The notes under the pieces were generated by a model. It searched no databases. It was not told where the DNA came from and saw nothing but the letters and a program-made list of their open reading frames with translations. The position numbers were made by a program, and so were the translations under genes. A stretch of DNA of 64,000 bases, from NCBI RefSeq assembly GCF_009914755.1, contig NC_060925.1, one strand, 5' to 3'. Source of the DNA: the human T2T-CHM13v2.0 reference genome, Homo sapiens. Shown piece after piece: positions 1 to 17,980 of this stretch (its first letter is position 1; each line of letters opens with the position of its first letter).

Positions 1-679
1 GCAGTCTAAAATGTCCTCTTTTCCCTCAGGTGTGGTATAGTATAGCTATTTTGAAAATATCATTTTGAAAATACAGAAACTCCTGTGGTGATAAAGGGGG
101 TCAGTTTGCTAAAGGGGCATCTCTTTGTTGTGGCTTAAGAGATCTGAGCCTAGTTTCTGGGAAACTGGGCAATGTGGAAGTGAAAGAGATTCTGTGCCCA
201 ACATGCTTAGCCACTGCTGAGCTGTCAAACATAAACAAAGCACATTGCCTATTTAAAAGAGAAAGGAGAAGTCTGAGACAGAAGTCAGTTGGGCAGTTAT
301 CTGTGGATTCCTGTTGTTGCTTCTCTCCTCATCCACGCTTTAGTGGGTTGTTGAGAGCTAGTTTGCTGGCACAAACAAACAAACAAAAACAAATGATTTA
401 TGGAAACTACTGAGTCATGCCTTGTCCCATAGCTGCCTTTCTCCTGCTCTGGGAAGGCTCAGTTACACAGCAAATTTCTGAAGGGAGAAGTAGCCATGCT
501 GTGGAATGTGTTATTATAAGAAAACTTTGCTGCTGCTCTGGTGAACCCAGTGATGCTTGAGTAGCCAAGGTTCTCATGTACTTTCTTACTTACTGTACTG
601 AGGTAAGCAAAGTGACAGATCGTTTAGGGCTCTTGGAGAAATGCTTTGCAAACCTACAAAATGACTTTTTGTTTTATTT

Positions 680-934
680 CATTTTGTTTTTTGAGACAGA
701 GTCTTGCTCTGTTGCCCAGGCTGGAGTGCAGTGGTATGGTCTTGGCTCACTGCAGCCTCTGCCTCCCAGGTTCAAGTGATTCTCCTGCCTCAGCCCCCAG
801 CTAGTTGGGATTACAGGCACATGCCACCACACCTGACTAATTTTTGTATTTTTAGTAAAGACGGGGTTTCACCATGTTGGTCAGGCTGGTCTCAAACTCA
901 TGATCTCAGTTGATCCGCCCACCTCGGCCTCCCA
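680..934 (-). mobile_element. Alu SINE (AluS-type), 5'-truncated
   Basis: tttttgagacagagtcttgctctgttgcccaggctggagtgcagtgg...cctcggcctccca. The first ~40 nt of the Alu consensus are missing. Confidence 0.95.
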
Positions 935-967
935 CATTCAGACTGTACAAAATCCTGAGGTGAATGG

Positions 968-976
968 CAAGATGGC
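968..976 (+). promoter_or_regulatory. YY1 site of the L1 internal promoter
   Basis: CAAGATGGC about 10 nt into the L1 5'UTR, the established position of the L1 YY1 site. Confidence 0.75.
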
Positions 977-1373
977 TGAATAAGAACAGCTCCAGTCTGC
1001 AGCTCCCAGTGAGATCAATGCAGAAGGTGAGTGATTTCTGCATTTCCAACTGAGGTACCCAGCTCATCTCACTGGGACTGGTTAGACAGTGGGTGTAGCC
1101 CATGGAGGGTGAACAGAAGTAGGGTGGGGTGTCACCTCACCTAGGAAGCACAAGGGATTGGGAAACTCCCTCCCCTAGCCATGGGAGGCCATGAGGGACT
1201 GTGCCATGAGGTACTGTGCATTCCGGCCCAGATACTATGCTTTTCCCATGGTCTTCATGACCCACAGACCAGGAGATTCTCTTGGGTGCCTACAGCACCA
1301 GGGCCCTGGGTTTCAAGCACAAAAACTGGGCGGCTGTTTGGGCAGACACTGAGGTAGCTGCAGGAGTTTTTTT

Positions 1374-1592
1374 TCATGCCCTACTGGTGCCTGGAACGCC
1401 AGCAAGACAGAACCATTCACTCCCCTGAAAAGGGGGCTGAAGCCAGGGAGCCAAGTGGACTTGCTCAGCAGATCCCACCCCCATGGAGCCCAACAGGCTA
1501 AGATCCACTGGCTTGAAATTCTTGCTGCCAGCACAGCAGTCTGAAGTCGACCTGGGATGCTCGAGCCTGGTGGGGAGCGGGGTGTCTGCCAT
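1374..1592 (-). CDS. L1 ORF0-like antisense ORF, 72 aa (putative)
   Basis: The C-terminal 72 aa of track ORF 1374..1670 (MADTPLPTRLEHPRSTSDCCAGS...GSMGVGSAE) resemble the primate L1 ORF0 N-terminus as I recall it (MAGAPPP...SDCCAS...SVGVGPSE). ATG is in a strong Kozak context (gtaATGG). Confidence 0.5.
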   Translation of the reverse strand: MADTPLPTRLEHPRSTSDCCAGSKNFKPVDLSLLGSMGVGSAEQVHLAPWLQPPFQGSEWFCLAGVPGTSRA

Positions 1593-2298
1593 TACTGCAG
1601 CTTGAGTAGGCAGTTTTCCCCTCACAGTGTAAACAAAACTGTCAGGAAGTTTGAACTGGGTGGAGCCCACTTCAGCTCAGCAAAGCTGCTGTAGCCAGAC
1701 TGCCTCTCTAGATTCCTCCTCTCTGGGCAGGGCATCTCTGAAAGAAAGGCAGCAGCCCCATTCAGGTGCTTATAGATAAAACTCCCATCTCCCTGGGACA
1801 GAGCATGTCGGAGAAGGGGTGGCTGTGGGCACAGCTTCAGCAGACTTAAACATTCCTGCTGGCTGGCTCTGAAGAGAGCAGCCGATCTCCCAGCACAGCG
1901 CTCGAGCTCTGCTAAGGGACAGACTGCCTCCTCAAGTAGGTCCCTGCACCCCATGCCTCCTGACTGGGAGACACCTCCCAGCAGGATCGACAGACACCTC
2001 ATACAGGAGAGCTCCAGCTGGAATCTAGCGAGTGCCCCTCTGGGACGAAGCTTCCAGAGGAAGGAACGGGCAGCAATCTTTGCTGTTCTACAGCCTCTGC
2101 TGCTGATACACATGCAAACAGGGTCTGGAGTGGACCTCCAGCAAACTCCAGCAGGCTTGCAGCAGAGGGGTCTGACTTTAGAAGGAAAACTAACAAACAG
2201 AAAGGAAGAGCATCAACATCAACAAAAAGGATGTCCACTCAAAAACCCCATCTGAAGGTCACCAATATCAAAGACCAAAGGTAGATAAATCCACGAAG

Positions 2299-3311
2299 AT
2301 GAGGAAAAGCCAGTGCAAAAAGGCTGAAAATTCCAAACACCAGAATGCCTCTTTTCCTCTAAAGGATCACAACTCCTCACCAGCAAGGGAACAAAACTGG
2401 ACAGAGAATGAGTTTGATGAATCAACAGAAGTAGGCTTTGGAAGGTGGGTAATAACAAACACCTTCGAGCTAAAGGAGCGTGTTCTAACCCAAGACAAGG
2501 AAGCTAAGAACCTTGAAAAAAGGTTAGAGGAATTGCTAACTAGAGTAACCAATTTAGAGAAAAACATAATGACCTAATGGAGCTGAAAAACACAGCATGA
2601 GAACTTCATGAAGCATACACAAGTATCAATAGCTGAGTTGATCAAGCAGAAGAAAGGATATCAGAGAATGAAGATCAACTTAATGAAATAAAGTGTGAAG
2701 ACAAGATTAGGGAAAAAAAATGAAAAAAGCCTCCAAGAAATATGGAACTATGTGAAAAGACCAAAACTACGTTTGATTGGTGTACCTGAAAGTGATGTGG
2801 AGAATGGAACCAAGTTAGAAAACACTCTTCAGGATATTATCCAGGAGAACTTCCCCAATCTAGCAAGACAGGCTAACATTCAAATTCAGGAAATACAGAG
2901 AACACCGCAAAGATACTCCCTGAGAAGAGCAACTCCATGACACATAATAGTCAGGTTCACCAATTTTGAAATGAAGGAAAAAATGTTAAGGGCAGCCAGA
3001 GAGAAAAGTCGGGTTACCCACAAAGGGAAGCCCATCAGACTGACAGCAGATCTCTCTGCAGAAACCCTACAAGCCAGAAGAGAGTAGGGGCCAATATTCA
3101 ACATTCTTAAAGAAAGAATTTTCAACCCAGAATTTCATATCCAGTCAGACTAAGCTTCATAAGGAAAAGAGAATTAAAATCTTTTACAGAAAAGCAAATG
3201 CTGAGGGATTTTGTCAGCACCAGGCCTGCCTTACAAGAGCTCCTGAAGGAAGCACTAAATATGGAAAGGAAAAACCAGTAACAGCCACTGCAAAAATATA
3301 CCAAATTGTAA
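2299..3311 (+). pseudogene. L1 ORF1 (RNA-binding p40), disrupted
   Basis: ORF pieces MRKSQCKKAENSK... (2299-2577) and ...SLQEIWNYVKRPKLRLIGVPE...ENFPNLARQANIQIQEIQRTP (2695-2940). Several stops and frameshifts. Confidence 0.93.
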
Positions 3312-3374
3312 AGACCATCAACACTATGAAGAAACTACATCAACTAACGGGCAAAATAACCAGCTAACATCATA

Positions 3375-7157
<3,783 letters not shown>

Positions 7158-7440
7158 ACAATGAGAACACATGGACACAGGAAGGGGAATATTACACACC
7201 AGTGCCTGTCGAGGGGTGGGGGGCTAGGGGAGGGACAGCATTAGGAGAAATACTTAATGTAGGTGACGGGTTGATGGGTGCAGCAAACCACTATGGCACG
7301 TGTATGTATGCCTATGTAACAAACCTGCACGTTCTGCACACGTATCTCAGAACCTAAAGTATAATTTAAAAAAAAAAAAAAGAAATCCTGTTGTAGGTGA
7401 AAGAAGCCTTGCAATCACCTTGATGATTAATCACTGCTAA

Positions 7441-7998
7441 CATTACAGGAAGGGAATCCCGATCCAAACCCCAAGAGAGAGTTCTTGGATTTTGCACAAG
7501 AAAGAATCCAGGGTGAGTCCATAGAGTAAAGTGAAGTAAGTTTATTAGGAAAGTAAAGGGATAAAAGAATGACTACTCCATAGACAGAGCAGCCTTGAGG
7601 GCTGCTGGTTGCCCATTTTTATGGTCATTTCTTGATTATATACTAAACAAGGGGTGGATTATTCATGCCTCCCCTTTTTAGACCATACAGGGTAACTTCT
7701 CGATGTTGCCATGGCATTTGTAAACTGTCACGGTGCTGGTGGGAATGTAGATGTGAGGACGACCAGAGCTCACTCTCATTGCCATCTTAGTTTTGGTGGG
7801 AATTAGCTGGCTTCTTTACTGCAACCTGTTTTATCAGCAAACATGTATGCTGTATGACCTGTATCTTGTGCTGACTTCCTATCTCACCCTGAAACTTAGA
7901 ACGCCTAACCATCTGGGAATGCAGCCCAGTAGGTTTCAGCCTCATTTTATCTGGCTCCTATTCAAGATGAAATTGATCTAGCTCAAACACCTCTGACA
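7441..7998 (-). mobile_element. Solo ERV1 LTR, MER41 family (MER41A-like by ~560 bp length)
   Basis: Reverse complement starts tgtcagaggtgtttgagc..catcttgaatagg..ctactgggctgcattcccag. Near-TSD ctaa/gtaa (7437-7440, 7999-8002). Confidence 0.8.
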
Positions 7999-8644
7999 GT
8001 AAGTCCTCCTTAGTTTCACCTTGTTTTGTGGATCTTGGCACATGTTAAACCAGTTGGGAGACAGCATTAATGGAGTATCTGCTAAATGCCAGTCTCTGCC
8101 ACAGAACGGGTGGGTTAAGGATTCATGTGAAATGATGGTGAGGGGATGTTGAGGGATCTATGGAAATGGCAAAGCATCAGAGAAACAAAGCACATGATTC
8201 CTGTCTTTAAATGAAAATCAGGCAATTACAAAATAGAGATTTTTATTTTGAGGAAAGCTATGTGGAAATGCATACAGTCCATACAGAAGATATGCATTTG
8301 AAAGAGTGGTTTGCTGTATGATATGGGATAATCTGCATGAGTCGACATTGGTCAGGGAAGACATCCCGAGAAGGTGAAGAAGTGGGGGAAGGGCATGTCC
8401 ATCATGAGGGTGAGTTGTGTGGGCAGGCCAGAAGTGAGCATAAGGTGGTAACTGGTTATCAGTGAGGAGATGGGGATGGGGAAGTCTGGAGAATTTTCTC
8501 TTGAGAATGATTCTGAGTGGTGCTGAGTTATACTTCTGTTGCTGTTGTTCAACGTTAGCTGTAAGACAACACCTTTGATCTGCTTCTAATCATCTGTTTG
8601 GCTTGCTGGAGGTGTCTTCTAGAAGGAATGATAACCAACAGTTA

Positions 8645-8765
8645 TCCAGCATTTACTACATGCCGCATGCTGCTTGAGTGCTGTGTGAGAGTCATCTATT
8701 TGATCTTCAGGGCAACACTGGGTGTTTTTAGGTGTTATTATCATCACTCCATTTTATAGATAAAT
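8645..8765 (-). mobile_element. MIR fragment
   Basis: catttactacatgcc...gttattatcatcactccattttataga resembles antisense MIR. Confidence 0.55.
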
Positions 8766-8768
8766 AAT

Positions 8769-9120
8769 GTGTCAGTCAGGATGAATTGGGCTATGTTACA
8801 AAACAAATAACTCTCAAATCTCAGTCATTTAAATTGTAAGTTCTACCACATGGGGTGGAAGAGGGGCCTCTCCTCACTGAAGTCATACAGGGATCAAGGC
8901 TGACAAAGAGCCCATCTTGAACTACGTTTCCTTGATCTCTGAGGAAGAAAAATGGAATCTCGTGCACTGGTTCTGAGAGTTTTCACTTGAAAGTGATGTG
9001 TGGCATTTCTGCTCACATTTTGTCAGACAAAACAAGTCATATGGCTATGCCTAACTTTAGAGGGAGCAAGGACAGAAAATTCTAGCATGTAACTAGGAGA
9101 GAAGAAGAGGACTATTTATG
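8769..9120 (-). mobile_element. MaLR LTR remnant (MLT1J/K/L-like)
   Basis: tcagtcaggatg..ggctatgtta..aaatctcagt and tttctgctcacattt..aacaagtcatatggc..cctaactt motifs. Confidence 0.5.
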
Positions 9121-9797
9121 AATGGCTTTAATAACTAACTATAAGGAACTGTGGTGCAAAGAAGGCAGGGGACTTGACTTAAGTTTTCACAGCTATTGTG
9201 GTTCTATGGCCCTTTTCCCTACCAAACCTACATTTTGCTTTATATACAAACTATGTGTGGGGGAGTCAGAGGGGATGGCTGGGAGTAAGACTGTGATTAG
9301 GGATGAGATTCACTCCTTAACCTCTTGCTCTCTGTGTCTAGATTATGGTGACTGGAATAAAATCTTCGAGAAAATCATTTCATAGTATCTCTTTGGCCAC
9401 ATGGGTAAGGAGAGGAGAAAGAAATGGAAAGTGTAGAAGAACGCTGAAACTGTATTCCAACAGACTCAGTGTAGTTGTCAGAAATGCTGAGGATTTGTTG
9501 TCCTTTTAGGGGAGAGTTATCAGTGTTGGAAAACAGTCATTTAAAAATAACAGTGAATTTAGACACAGTTGACCTCCGTCCATCCTTAAGATGTTAAGAT
9601 GATTCTGCTTGTTTACTGTTGTCATCTTGATGCCATGAAGTGATTTGGGCAATTGCTGGGTGTAGGATGGATAGAACCATTTATGGGAGTGAAGAGAGTC
9701 ATCAAGGAAGGCTCTGAGGGGAACAGAGGGGGAGCAGGACCTCCAGAGAGAAGCAAACGCTTGGAGAAAAAGACTTGAGCCTATGACACAAGGGTGC

Positions 9798-9798
9798 A

Positions 9799-9872
<74 letters not shown>

Positions 9873-9873
9873 G
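9798..9873. repeat. Compound microsatellite (TG)n(GA)n
   Basis: Directly visible. It produces the spurious CVCV/RERE/SLSL ORFs. Confidence 0.97.
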
Positions 9874-10899
9874 GAATATGAAATAAGTAGGCCCACCCAC
9901 ATTCAAATTTTCTATTCCAAGAAAATCAAATTTCTGGGTTATAGGATCAAAAATAAAAACATCATCTATAAAGAGACTGTTAAATCAGCTGGCTCAGCCA
10001 AGAATTCGAGGACTTTTGTGATCTTCCTCACCTTGTTGGGGTTGGCAGGCCCTTTCTCTGGAGCACATGGTGTCAGTCAGGCTTCAGCGGTGTGACTGGA
10101 GTTCAGGGGCCAGGGGAAGTCAATGTGGGGAATTTAATCCCCACCTCTACTTGCTGAGTGAGGCTCGGTTGGTTTTCTATGGGCTGAAACCCCTGGGTCC
10201 CCTGGCATCCAACATAACATCAAAAATAGCCCTTGCTTTTTAATTACCAAGGGTGAAGATCTATTATCTGCTCCAAGAATTGATAATCTGTTGTAATTGG
10301 GAACATAGAGTTGGTCTCTTTCAAATATGATATTAAAATATTTGGTGAGCAAAATGAAAAAAATTAAAATACAAAAGAACTGTTTGTTATACTACAGTCA
10401 GATTTTATCCACTTAATTTTTTATTTCTTGATATTATATACATATGGTCAGAATGATCACATTTCCACATACGTTTAAATAATATAATTTTTAGTTAATT
10501 TAAATTTAAGTTAAAGCTGTTAGTTTAATTAAGTTTAAAGTAATTATGTTTAACACAACAAATAATACAAGTATATATAATGAAAAGTAAAAATCCTCTT
10601 TCCATTCAATCCTAGTTCTCAGAGGTAATCACTGTTACTACCTTTCTGTGTTATTCTGAACTTTTCTTTCTATAAAATAAGTATATTTAAAAAAATTGAT
10701 TTATCCATTTTGTTATTAATAGAATGGGTTGCTTTGAGACCAGACTCTAGTATTCTGGAAGCCTTGATGACCAGAAGCAAGGGACTCTATGCTTTCAAAG
10801 ATTCAACAGTTTGCCATTTATCCAGAGGGAGCAGTGTTAGACTGCATTTTTGTTTTTTTGTTTTTAAAATATTCATTTTTTCTTTCTTTTTCAAATTTA

Positions 10900-12480
<1,581 letters not shown>

Positions 12481-12759
12481 AGACTGCATTTTGGATTAGG
12501 AAGACATTTTCAGTAGCCCCTTTGGCTATATTCTGTCATGGAATGGGGAATTACCTTCAAAATCAGGTAAAGGGCTGTCACATCTTTCCAGAGAAGATGA
12601 TCATGTTGACTGGGAGATGGAATGATTTCTTTCTATCTCTCAGGAATGTGAGGAGCCTTGTAGGGCAGAGGTGGGTTTGGGGATGGGAAAGAGACAGCGT
12701 GCTAGTGATTTTCTGGGGCCAGAAGACTATAAGGAGAGATGGCTGGGCAGGGAGCTGCT

Positions 12760-12915
12760 GGTGAGGGACACAGAATGGTATTCATTGAGTCTGGGGACAG
12801 TCTGCAGCCTGTGTAACCATGGGCAAGAAAGTATTCTCTCCATGCCTCAGTTTCCAAGTCTATTATATGAGGCTAATAGTAGTATTCACCCCCTAGGGCT
12901 ATTGTGAGGAGTAAT
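12760..12915 (+). mobile_element. MIR fragment
   Basis: tgtgtaaccatgggcaag..tgcctcagtttcc..ggctattgtgagga MIR core. Confidence 0.65.
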
Positions 12916-12920
12916 CTGTC

Positions 12921-12982
12921 TATGTGTCTATGTATGTATGTATGTATGTATGTATGTATGTATGTATGTATGTATGCATGTA
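12921..12982. repeat. (TATG)n tetranucleotide microsatellite
   Basis: Directly visible, about 12 units. Confidence 0.95.
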
Positions 12983-13459
12983 TCTTTTATACTTAGAACA
13001 GTATGTTATACAAGTGTTTATTATTTATTATTACTCTTTTCTACTTTATAATTATGTTCTTTTATTCTCAGGCCTTCAGTACATCTTTATTAATCTGACT
13101 GCCTGGTTGCAGTTACATTTGAGAATAAGACTGAGATCAAATTCCACGTTTAGAGTGAGAAATGACTGCAGTTGAAGACTTGGTTGCAAGAGTCTAAGAA
13201 GACACCTCAGGGAGAGAGACAGGATCCAAAACAAGATTGCTGGCTGAGGTAAGAAGCTATAAACCAGGAAGGACTCATGGAACCTAGAGGTATTCTCCAG
13301 AGATTCCTCAGAAATACCTAGGGAGAGGAATCTGATGGAAGACTGAACTTCTTCAAACAGGAAGGAAATGGTTATTTAGCCATTAAAGGAAATGTGAGCC
13401 AGAATAAGTTTGGAGAATTTGGGAGCATGTGAATTATACACAATAATTGTATTTTTCTG

Positions 13460-15000
13460 CAACTTCCTGTTTTCCACTTAATTGTATATCGTGAAGTTAT
13501 TTCCAGGTCAGTATATAAAGAACTATCTTATTTTTCAAGCAGCTGCATACTGTTTTTAAAGGTAACTTTGTTTATTTAACTGTCTCCTAATTGTAGATGG
13601 ATGTTGGTTGCTAGCAATTTGTTGTTGTTATACATAAACAGTGCTGCAGTGAACTAACTCACATATAAATCTTTGTAAACATACTCTCATATTTCTGTAG
13701 GGTGAGTTTTTTCAAGTGGGATTGCTGAGTTCCAGATGTATGCATTTGAAACTTTAATAAATTCTATAAGAATATCCTCTAAAAAGTAAAATTTAAATTA
13801 CTACATTTAAACTCCTATCAACAGTATATGAAAATGTTCATTTCAAGATGTCCTTAACAATGAATTCTATAAAATTTTTGCCAATATGATAGATGAAAAT
13901 AACACTTCATTCTTTTCAACATACTTTTCTTTGATATTAGTGACACTAATAATCTTTTCACTGCATAATTAGCCATGTATATTTCTTTTTCTATGATATC
14001 TGTGCCTTGTTTGTTTATCTATTGGATTGTTTACTTACTTTCTAATGGTAGGGATTTTTCATATTTTATGAATGTTAAATTATTAAATTTAGTTTGTTAT
14101 ATGTGTTAAAATACTTTCTCCTAGTTTTTTTTGTCATTTGGCTTTGCTTATGGAGTCTTTCAACACAAACACATTTTAAATATTTATGAAGTTGAACATC
14201 AACCATTGACTTTATAACTAGTGAGTTTGGGTAATTATTTAAAAGCCTTTCTTACTTCAAGAATGTAAAATCGTCTCATATATTTTCTTGTAAAATATAA
14301 CATTTAAAAGTGTTTAAATCTTAACTGGAGCCCTCTTACAAATTTGATTTGAAGCAGAGTATAATATTCTATTTTTCTGAAATTATTAGCCAACTTTCCC
14401 AATATTAAACAATCTACAGTTTCCCTCTAACTTGAAATGCCACTTTTATGAAATACTACATTCCTATATTTTTGTCTAATGATGCATCTATTTTGTTCAC
14501 TAAATTGTTTATTCTAATGCAGCTATTTATATTAGTTTTGTGGTACCTTTATAGTATCTTTTGATTTGTGGTAAACTAAGCACTCTCTCATTCTTCTTTG
14601 TAAGAAAAAAAGTGTATTGCCAGTATTTATTAATTTTTTCAGAAGAACTGTAGAAGAAACATAATAGCTACCTTCTCATAAAAATGTTTTATATTTTTTG
14701 TTGGAATTGTACATAGAATTCATCTATTAATATGGAAAAAATTGGCATATTAATCCTTCATCAATAGCAACATACTATGTCTCTCCATTAACTTAGGTCT
14801 TTTATATTTACTTCACTAATGTTTTATGGTTTTCTTTATATTTCTAGGTCTTACACATAACTCTTTTTATTTTTGTTCTTAGAATTTCACAGCTTTTGTT
14901 GATACTATGAATCAGATTTTTCATTAATTCTTTTAATTGCTTATTATTGAACATGAAAAAGTAATCTTTGTATTGAAATCTTGAGTCTGATCATGTTTCT
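13460..15000 (-). mobile_element. Ancient L1 (L1M-class) remnant
   Basis: T-rich degenerate antisense L1 3' motifs (aaacagtgctgcagtgaac, aagtgggattgctgagt, ttggaattgta..aattcat, tctctccatta). Boundaries approximate. Confidence 0.6.
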
Positions 15001-15580
15001 ATTTTAAATTCATAAAGAATTCTAGTAGAAGAGGAATTCAAAGAATGTTATAAATGGATGTTTCTCTAGGGATGAAGGAACTATTTTATTCACAGGCTGA
15101 TAATTCAACCTAAGCTAGTTTGGCATCATGCAGATAAATAGTTGAATTATGGGTTTAAAATACATATTCTTTTCTAACTACAAAGGTAATGCTTATTAAT
15201 TTAGATGGTTTTGAAAATACAGAAAGGCAAAAACTTTTTTTAAAAAACTGTTATTCTCTACCGCTACTCAATCTATCATCTATCTCTCCATTCATTCATC
15301 CCTTTGTTTATATCTGTTAATCTTTGTATGTGTTCATGTATAACTTTTACATGATTGGAATCATAATACATATTCCATTTTAAAATCTCCTTTTTTACAC
15401 AAAAATACATTGTGAATATTTTTCTATATTATTAAATATCATTAGCTGAACTTTTAGAATTGACTGCATGTTTTGGTACCATTTAGACATAGTTTAAGAT
15501 ACTCAGAAGTTATGTGGCTTTGCCACTATGGATGAATCTTCTTTACTCAATATTAATTACTTTAAAATAACCTCACCTAA

Positions 15581-15920
15581 GTACTTCTCAGCCATAAAAA
15601 GGAATGAATTAATGACATTCATAGCAACTTGGAGACTATTATTCTAAGGGAAGTAACTCAGGAATGGAAAACCAAACATTGTATGTTCTCACTCATAAGT
15701 GGGAGATAAGCTATGAAGATGCAAAGGCATAAGAAGGATACAATGGACTTTGGGGACTCAGGCGAAAGGGTGGGAGGGGTGAGGGATAAAAGAATACAAA
15801 CTGGATTCAGTGTATACTGCTCAGGTGCACCAAAATCTCACAAATCACCACTAAAGTTCTTACTCATGTAATAAAATACCACTTGTTCCCCAAAAACCTA
15901 TGGAAATAAAAAATTAAAAA
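15581..15920 (+). mobile_element. 5'-truncated L1 3' end (L1PB/L1MA-like) with 17-bp TSD
   Basis: cagccataaaaaggaatgaa...atgttctcactcataagtggga...poly(A). TSD aaaataacctcacctaa on both sides (15564-15580 and ~15921-15937). Confidence 0.9.
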
Positions 15921-15940
15921 AAAATAACCTCACCTAAAAT

Positions 15941-17980
15941 GGACTTCTGTTTTCGGGAATATGAAATAGATATACTCTTCCCAGATCGCACCACTGCACT
16001 CCAGCCTGGGTGACAGAGCGAGACTCCATCTCCAAAAGCAAAACAAAACAAAACAAAACAAAAACCCTGAACAAAATATGTAACACAAACAAAAGAAGAC
16101 TCTAAAGGTCAAGAGAAGAAGGCAGAACTAGGGAACTTGGAACCCAAGAAACAACACTGTGGAAAGTTCCCTGGGTTTTCTTTTGGCCTCACGTATCTGA
16201 GACTTGAAACTAACAAAGCCAGCAACCTGGAAATGCCAATAGGAGCAGACAAAAATGTCCCTTCCAAAAGCCTACTTTCTCTAGCCAAAGGCCAGCCAAT
16301 AGGCAGCCTAGCAAGATAGAAAACTTTGACAATAACTGCTGTACTCCAGCCAATGCTACAGAAAAATACAGCGGCTCCAACCTCACTCCCACCAGCAAAG
16401 TTTTGGAGTGGGAGCATAGATTTGCTCCCTTCAGAGGGATAGTGAACTGTTGTATGCCACCTCCACTGGGGTGATGTCAGAAAAATCTGAGCAGGGAGCT
16501 GGGAGTTTCATCCACACTGAGTATTCCCTCTGCCTCCTTTTTCCTCTACTTTTGATGTCAGTGGAGACTACATGGGGATTCTAGACTTCCACCCACAGCC
16601 ACTGGTGCAGTAGTGTCAGAAAAAGCTTAGTGGAGAGTCAGGACTTTTACCACCACTTGTGGCCACCCTGCTCCCTTGGTATTAGAGGAGCTCAGGTGGG
16701 GAGAAGCAACTCCTACCTCTGTCCAGCGGTAACAAGTGGCATCCCCCACCCCAATGTGGCAATGGAAGCTAAGTGACAACCTGGACTTTTACCTTCATTG
16801 GCTAGGAATGAGGTGGCACCCTACTTTCCCTGCCAGGACTGTGTCAGAAGAAAACAGCTAAAACAGAAGGTTTAAATAACATCTTGAGTCTTTTAATACC
16901 CAAACTGTCCATGTTTCAAATGAAAATCACTTCTTAAACCAAGAACCAGGAAGATCTGAAACTGAATGAAGATAGACAATCAATAGTTGCCAACACTAAG
17001 CTGATAGAGATATTAGAATGATCAAGAATTTTATAGCAGCTGTCCTAAGATGCCTCAACAAGCAATTAAAAACATTACAGAATATACTAAAATTACAAAT
17101 TGTAAAAACAGAAAACTTTAATAAATAGAAAGTCTCAAGAAAGAAAGAGAAAATATAAAGAATAATTCAATGAGAAATTTTGGAACTGAAAAATATAACA
17201 ATCAATATAAGAAACACAATGGACAGGCTAAAGAGCAGTATGGAGGGAACAGAGAAAAGAATCAGGTAACTGGAAGACAGAACAACAGATATTACTCAAT
17301 TAGAACAATGTAGAGAAAATAATAACTGAAAAAAAAGGACAGAGCCTTAGGGACCTGGGAGAATATAATAGAAGATATAATGTGTAATCAGAGACCTAGA
17401 AAGAGAGAAGAAAGAGATAGGACTAAAGAAGCACTTTAAGAAATAATGACTGAAAATGTTCCCAATTTGGCAGAAGATGTAAACCTACAAATTTGAGAAG
17501 CTGGGTAAACTCCAAGGAAGATAAATCCAAAGACATCCATATGAAGACACAATAGAGTCAAACTTGAAATCTAAAGACAATTTTAAAAAGCTTCAAAGTG
17601 CTTAGTGACAGAAAAATAACACCTTACTTGCAGGGCAAAAAATAATTTGAATGACAACATATTTCTCACCAGGAACTATAGATCCCAGAAGGAAGTGGTG
17701 CAACATTTTTCAAGTGCTGAAAGAAAATAACTGTTAACCTAGAATTCCTATACTTAGTCAAAGTATCCTTCAGGAATCAATGGGAAATCAAAGCCTTCTC
17801 AGATGAAGAAAAACTAAGAATCTGTCACCAGCAGATCTGCTTTAAAAGAACAGCTGAAGGAAGCTCTCTACATGGAAAAGAAATGCCGAAAGAAGAACCC
17901 TTAGAACATCAGGAAGAAAGAACATGGTCAGTAAAAATACGGATACAATATAACTGACTTCCCTTCTCTTAAGTTTAATT
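15941..17980 (+). mobile_element. Old L1 (L1MC/MD-like) 5'UTR plus ORF1 remnant
   Basis: A-rich degenerate ORF1 motifs (gaaataatgactgaaaatgttcccaatttgg, caacatttttcaagtgctgaaagaaaa, aacctagaattc, atccttcagg). Tandem-like 5'UTR subunits at 16440-16860. Confidence 0.7.
15981..16075 (+). mobile_element. Severely 5'-truncated Alu (3' end of right arm) with (CAAAA)n tail
   Basis: cagatcgcaccactgcactccagcctgggtgacagagcgagactccatctc followed by an aaaac repeat. No TSD seen. Confidence 0.9.

Noticed and set aside
7441-7998. MER41 as an interferon-gamma/STAT1 enhancer
   Set aside because: I found no TTCNNNGAA site in this copy. Its length fits MER41A rather than the GAS-bearing MER41B.
9702-10095. 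RERERE / SLSLSL / CVCVCV ORFs (also MYVC repeats at 12924 and similar at 37197, 55152)
   Set aside because: Microsatellite read-through.
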